A stretch of 64,000 nucleotides of DNA from Nitrospirota bacterium (lineage in GTDB: Bacteria; Nitrospirota; Nitrospiria; Nitrospirales; Nitrospiraceae). The stretch covers positions 192,001-256,000 of the forward strand of contig CAVPBK010000009.1 of the NCBI GenBank assembly GCA_963701855.1. The letters run 5' to 3'. Position numbers and translations under genes: made by a program. Below the pieces are notes generated by a model. The model saw nothing but the letters and a program-made list of their open reading frames with translations. It was not told where the DNA came from and searched no databases. Shown here in pieces: positions 60,094 to 64,000 of this stretch; position 1 is the first letter of the stretch; the number at the start of each line of letters is the position of its first letter.

Positions 60094-60204
60094 CCAAGTT
60101 CGCGTGGACTTTGGGAACGAGGTGCTGACGGAAATACTGGCCGGCATGAAGTGATGCGACCAAATGCGAAGCTGTAGCTCTGATGCTGGCCCTCGTTTTA
60201 CGTT

Positions 60205-62001
60205 TCACGGTTCTTGGGAGCGGGCCTGGCCCGGGCGCGACTTGGCCTGCGTGATCTGAGCCGCCGGGGCCCCAGCTCCAGTGCCGCCTTGTAGCTCGTC
60301 GATAGCATCGGCCACCGAGATCCTGCGGCCTAAGTGGCCGACGCGTTCCTCCAATCCTTCGGCGCGCAGAATATCACGCACCGCCGCATGTGCTGCGACG
60401 AGCCGAAGGCGTATCCCCATCGCTTCGAGTGTCGCGTACAACGTTGCCAGCATTCGCGCACCGGCCAGGTCGACGACGGGTGAAGTGGATAGATCGCATA
60501 TCACCAGCTTCAGCGCCCCGGTGGTCGAACGGATTTTCTGCCAGACGTCAGCACGCACGTGCTCGACGTTGAAGTACAACAGCGCAGCCTCAACGCGAAA
60601 CACCAGCACACCAGGAACGGCCTCGTTGTCCGGATGGCGCTCGATGTCGGAGTAAATCCGGGTGCCGGGAATGCGGCCGAGAAAAGCCACATACGGGTGC
60701 GCGGCACGCCGTATGATCAACAAAATCGACACCACGACCGCAACCACCACGCCGTTCAGGATGCCCAGCAGCAGCACCCCGGCGAAAGCGACCATCGTTA
60801 CGCCGAATTCGAACCGGCTTACCCGCCACAGGTGGCGCAATTCACCGATGTCGATCAGTCCCTTGACGGCCACCAGCACGATGGCCGCGAGCACGACATT
60901 GGGCAGGTTGCTCAGCAACCCCGTCAGGTACATCAGGCACAGGCCGATCGTCACCGAGGCCCACACCAGCGCGAGCGGCGTTTTGGCGCCGGCCTTGTCG
61001 TTCACCGATGACTGCGACAGGCCGCCCGCCACCGGGTAGGCCTGGCAGAACGCCGCAGCCAGATTCGCCGCGCCCAGGCCGAGTAGTTCCTGGCGCGGAT
61101 CAATTTCGTAGCCGTTCTTGTGCGCCAGGGTGCGTGCAGCGGAAACACTTTCCACGTAGGCCAGCAAGAGGCACGCAAACGCCAGCGGAATCACGCCATC
61201 CACATCGCGCACACGCAGGCCCGGCGCGTGGAAGTCCGGCAAGCCCTGCGGCAGCGCGCCGACGACTTTGAAACCGAGATCACCCAGCGGAGTGACCGAT
61301 AATACGATGATGGAAATCACCACCACGAAGAGCGCGACCGGGAGGCTTGGCAGCAGCTTTTCGCCCAGCAGCAGCAAGGCGAGCGCGACAAGACCGAACG
61401 CCAACACAGCAAGGTTGGTATCGGGGAGCTGGCCGCCAAGGATGACGATGCGCTCGAAGAAATGCTCCCCGCCACCCTGGACCCCGAACAACTTGGGCAA
61501 CTGGGTCAAGGCGATCATGAGGGCCGCGCCGGCCTTGAAGCCGAGCAGGATAGTTTCGCTGATGAAGTTGACCAGGGAACTCAATCGCAGCAGCCACGCG
61601 AGCACACACATGGCGGCCATGACCAGCGCAGTCAACGCCGCAATGGACGCCCAGCGTCCCAGGTCGCCCTGTGCCATGCCGGCGACCGTGACCCCGACGA
61701 GCATCGAGATCGCCGAGGTGGGCCCGATCGCAAGCTGGCGCGAGGAGCCGAACAGCGCGTAGAACAGTCCGCCGACCAAATAGCAGTAAATGCCGTATTG
61801 CGGCGGCAGCCCGGCGAGCGACGCATAGGCGAGTGAGACCGGAATGCCATAGGCAGCGAGGGTCACGCCGGCAATGGCGTCTTGCGCCAGCCACTTTGGC
61901 TGATATAAAGCAAGCCATTGCGCCGGGGGAATGGCCGCGCGCCACCCATGGACCGGACCTCCGGCCGCTGACTCGCCGGCAGATCGGGTTTCTTCAGTCA
62001 T
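60205..62001 (-). CDS. sulP: SulP/SLC26 anion transporter with STAS domain
   Basis: DAIAGVT...PVSLAYA..AGLPPQYGIY, GSSRQLAIGP, GGLSQS; STAS DLSTSPVVDLAG. Confidence 0.93.
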   Translation of the reverse strand: MTEETRSAGESAAGGPVHGWRAAIPPAQWLALYQPKWLAQDAIAGVTLAAYGIPVSLAYASLAGLPPQYGIYCYLVGGLFYALFGSSRQLAIGPTSAISMLVGVTVAGMAQGDLGRWASIAALTALVMAAMCVLAWLLRLSSLVNFISETILLGFKAGAALMIALTQLPKLFGVQGGGEHFFERIVILGGQLPDTNLAVLAFGLVALALLLLGEKLLPSLPVALFVVVISIIVLSVTPLGDLGFKVVGALPQGLPDFHAPGLRVRDVDGVIPLAFACLLLAYVESVSAARTLAHKNGYEIDPRQELLGLGAANLAAAFCQAYPVAGGLSQSSVNDKAGAKTPLALVWASVTIGLCLMYLTGLLSNLPNVVLAAIVLVAVKGLIDIGELRHLWRVSRFEFGVTMVAFAGVLLLGILNGVVVAVVVSILLIIRRAAHPYVAFLGRIPGTRIYSDIERHPDNEAVPGVLVFRVEAALLYFNVEHVRADVWQKIRSTTGALKLVICDLSTSPVVDLAGARMLATLYATLEAMGIRLRLVAAHAAVRDILRAEGLEERVGHLGRRISVADAIDELQGGTGAGAPAAQITQAKSRPGQARSQEP

Positions 62002-62048
62002 GACGCCCTGTCCCCAGCAATGTCTGCGCCGGAATCCAGACAGGCTCT

Positions 62049-62345
62049 TTACCCGTTAGCCCTTGCCTCAGGTTGGCCCATTTTCTCCTTGCGGACAAAG
62101 TAAAAAAACGCGCCCACCATGAGGAAATTGATACCCACCGCGATAATATTCCATATCACTACCGGCATCGAATCGATCAAAATCCCGTAATACACCCATA
62201 CGATTTGAAACGTGCCCATCATGCCTGCCATGGTTGGATTCATGCCTTTGGAGCTCCCTCGTTTGAACATCGCGATCAAATCGGGGGCGGCAGCAAAGGT
62301 GGTGCCGAATCCTGCCAGAAAACCGACAATCGACTGCCATTCCAT
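62049..62345 (-). CDS. SemiSWEET/PQ-loop sugar transporter
   Basis: GFLAGFGTTFAAAPD...WVYYG...PVVIWN; three TM helices. Confidence 0.8.
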   Translation of the reverse strand: MEWQSIVGFLAGFGTTFAAAPDLIAMFKRGSSKGMNPTMAGMMGTFQIVWVYYGILIDSMPVVIWNIIAVGINFLMVGAFFYFVRKEKMGQPEARANG

Positions 62346-62387
62346 CGAAGCCCCTCTCGTTAGACCCGCCATCCTGATCCGACTCGA

Positions 62388-63866
62388 TCAACTGCGCTCG
62401 CATTGAAAAACGTGATAGCCCCAGGGCTCCAGGTCCGCGTAAAAGCCCGATGTCTGCAGTTCGTCGCCCGCTCGATCATAGACCGTCTTCTCCAGCGGAT
62501 CGCTCAACCGCCAGGAACGGCCGGCGAGATCTCCCCACGGCAGCCTGACCATCGTCTGGGAACGAACTCCTGAAAGATTCACGACGATCAGGTGACGGTC
62601 CGCTCCTTTGTGCCAGCACCAGGCGACCACATTCAGGTAGCTATCATTGTCCGGCCAGCCGGTCCGTTCGCACAGTGTCCACTCCCCGTCCCTGACATCT
62701 GTGCTGCGGAGAATTTGAAGGAGGGATTTGTAGAATCCCTGAAGACTCCTGTCCGGGATTTCCTCTGGACGGCGGCGTAGAAACACCGGGAGTCTCACGC
62801 GACGCCCCTCGAATTGTCCTTCGTGAAATAGTCTGGCCCCTTGCAAGGTTGACGTCGTGATCGCGGCCGCTCGCTCTTTCTCCAAAGAGAATGTCGCTGC
62901 GGCACGCGGCTCGTCGTGGTTCTCGATGAACCGGACCAGTTTTTCCTGGTAGGCCAGATCGGCGCACAGATGGAGCCGGACCTGTTCCGCAGGGTCGTGT
63001 TCCAGCCGGTCGTACAGCCGCTTGTCGTAGCAGTAATCGAATCCCTGTTGCTGCAGTTCCCATTCCTTGTCCCAATAGGCCTCAGCGATGAAGAGGACAT
63101 CGGGGTACCGTTTCCGCACCCCCTGGATCACCTCCGGCCAATATTCTTTCTCCGGACGCGGCCCGCCGCGGTGCCCCCACGTGCGCTCGAAGATGGGCGT
63201 CATGAGCAGCATCGCCATATCGCAGCGCATACCGTCGCATTGCCCGGCAATAGATCCCACGGTCTCGATGATCGCCTTGCGCAATCCCGGATGAAACCCG
63301 TTGAGCTGCGCCACATCGGGCCAGGGCGCAAAGTACGGATCTCTTCCCAGGGCCAGGACCTTGCCGCCGGCCTGGAAAAACTCGCCAGGCTTCTGTGCCA
63401 GATCGTCGCTGCTGCCCTGGATGAAATAGTCCGGATGCTCCGTGACCCAGGGATGATCCGGCGCCACGTGGTTCGGGACAAAATCCAGGATCAGTCGCAG
63501 GCCCCTCTCGGCCAGCTTCTTTCTGACTACGGCAAGCCCTATCGGTCCTCCCAGGTGCTCATCCACGACGTAGCGCCTCACACAATATGGCGAACCGACA
63601 TTGTCCTCCGGCGAAAAATCAGGGAGGGCTCTCCTGAAATCTTCAAGCAGCCCCTCGTTCTTCATCGAAATGGCGATGCCGGCAGGGCTCCGCTCCCACA
63701 CGCCCATGAACCAGACCGCGTCAAAGCCGTGAGCGGCCAGAGCATCCCATTCCTGATCGGGCACCGTGGCCAGGGTCAAGGGCTTCCGATGTGTCCGGCT
63801 CAACTCACTCAGCCAGACCCAGGTATTGATCTCATAGATGACCGGATATTTCCGCCAGGTATTCAT
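62388..63866 (-). CDS. Alpha-amylase family (GH13) glycosidase
   Basis: YEINT, GSPY, LDFVPNH, DGMRCDMA, AEAYW, FIENHDE. Confidence 0.92.
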   Translation of the reverse strand: MNTWRKYPVIYEINTWVWLSELSRTHRKPLTLATVPDQEWDALAAHGFDAVWFMGVWERSPAGIAISMKNEGLLEDFRRALPDFSPEDNVGSPYCVRRYVVDEHLGGPIGLAVVRKKLAERGLRLILDFVPNHVAPDHPWVTEHPDYFIQGSSDDLAQKPGEFFQAGGKVLALGRDPYFAPWPDVAQLNGFHPGLRKAIIETVGSIAGQCDGMRCDMAMLLMTPIFERTWGHRGGPRPEKEYWPEVIQGVRKRYPDVLFIAEAYWDKEWELQQQGFDYCYDKRLYDRLEHDPAEQVRLHLCADLAYQEKLVRFIENHDEPRAAATFSLEKERAAAITTSTLQGARLFHEGQFEGRRVRLPVFLRRRPEEIPDRSLQGFYKSLLQILRSTDVRDGEWTLCERTGWPDNDSYLNVVAWCWHKGADRHLIVVNLSGVRSQTMVRLPWGDLAGRSWRLSDPLEKTVYDRAGDELQTSGFYADLEPWGYHVFQCERS

Positions 63867-64000
63867 ACGTTCCTTTCGTGCTTTTCTTTGAACATAGCCC
63901 GTTTGCCCCCTTCCAGGGCCTGCTTGGCGTCCATCAACCCGTACATCTGGATCATCCTCGCCACGACCCCGGTCCAGCCGGTCTGATGGCTCGCGCCCAG
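63863..64000 (-). CDS. C-terminus of GH63/MGH1-like glucosidase (gene extends beyond window)
   Basis: Manual translation LGASHQTGWTGVVARMIQ...ERNV*; stop overlaps the GH13 start (ATGA). Confidence 0.85.
   Translation of the reverse strand: MGASHQTGWTGVVARMIQMYGLMDAKQALEGGKRAMFKEKHERNV

Overview
Bacterial chromosomal window, about 55-60% GC. The gene content (DUF3015, DUF4403, DUF3365 cytochrome, small exported OB-like proteins, XRE-S24 repressor) suggests a Nitrospira-like organism, but this is inference. 1-25 kb is a stress and carbohydrate accessory region: glgX-treZ-treY, a neutral-trehalase-type GH37, a DUF6496-like peptide, a USP-ABC1 kinase fusion and a decayed HpnR-like radical SAM gene. 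It carries about 11 copies of a 16-bp palindrome, CTAGGG-N4-CCCTAG, almost all intergenic. 25-42 kb holds a SAM-cyclase-STAND-TPR protein, a cupredoxin-like protein with a porin, a caspase-like lipoprotein lacking its catalytic Cys, an IS3 remnant and an MltF-like enzyme. 41.8-45 kb is a junction with stacked att-like remnants (including a 3' half tRNA-CAT), an XRE-LexA-type repressor with a perfect operator and small Cys-rich ORFs, a cluster of DnaA boxes and a DUF3800 gene. 45-56 kb is a likely sigma54-driven RND efflux-DUF4410-pqiABC operon punctuated by short periodic repeats. 56-64 kb holds GH15, a second MltF-like enzyme, a SYLF protein, and a GH63-GH13-SemiSWEET-SulP operon. No intact rRNA, intact tRNA or CRISPR array was found. 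Family assignments come from motif recognition only; no searches were run.
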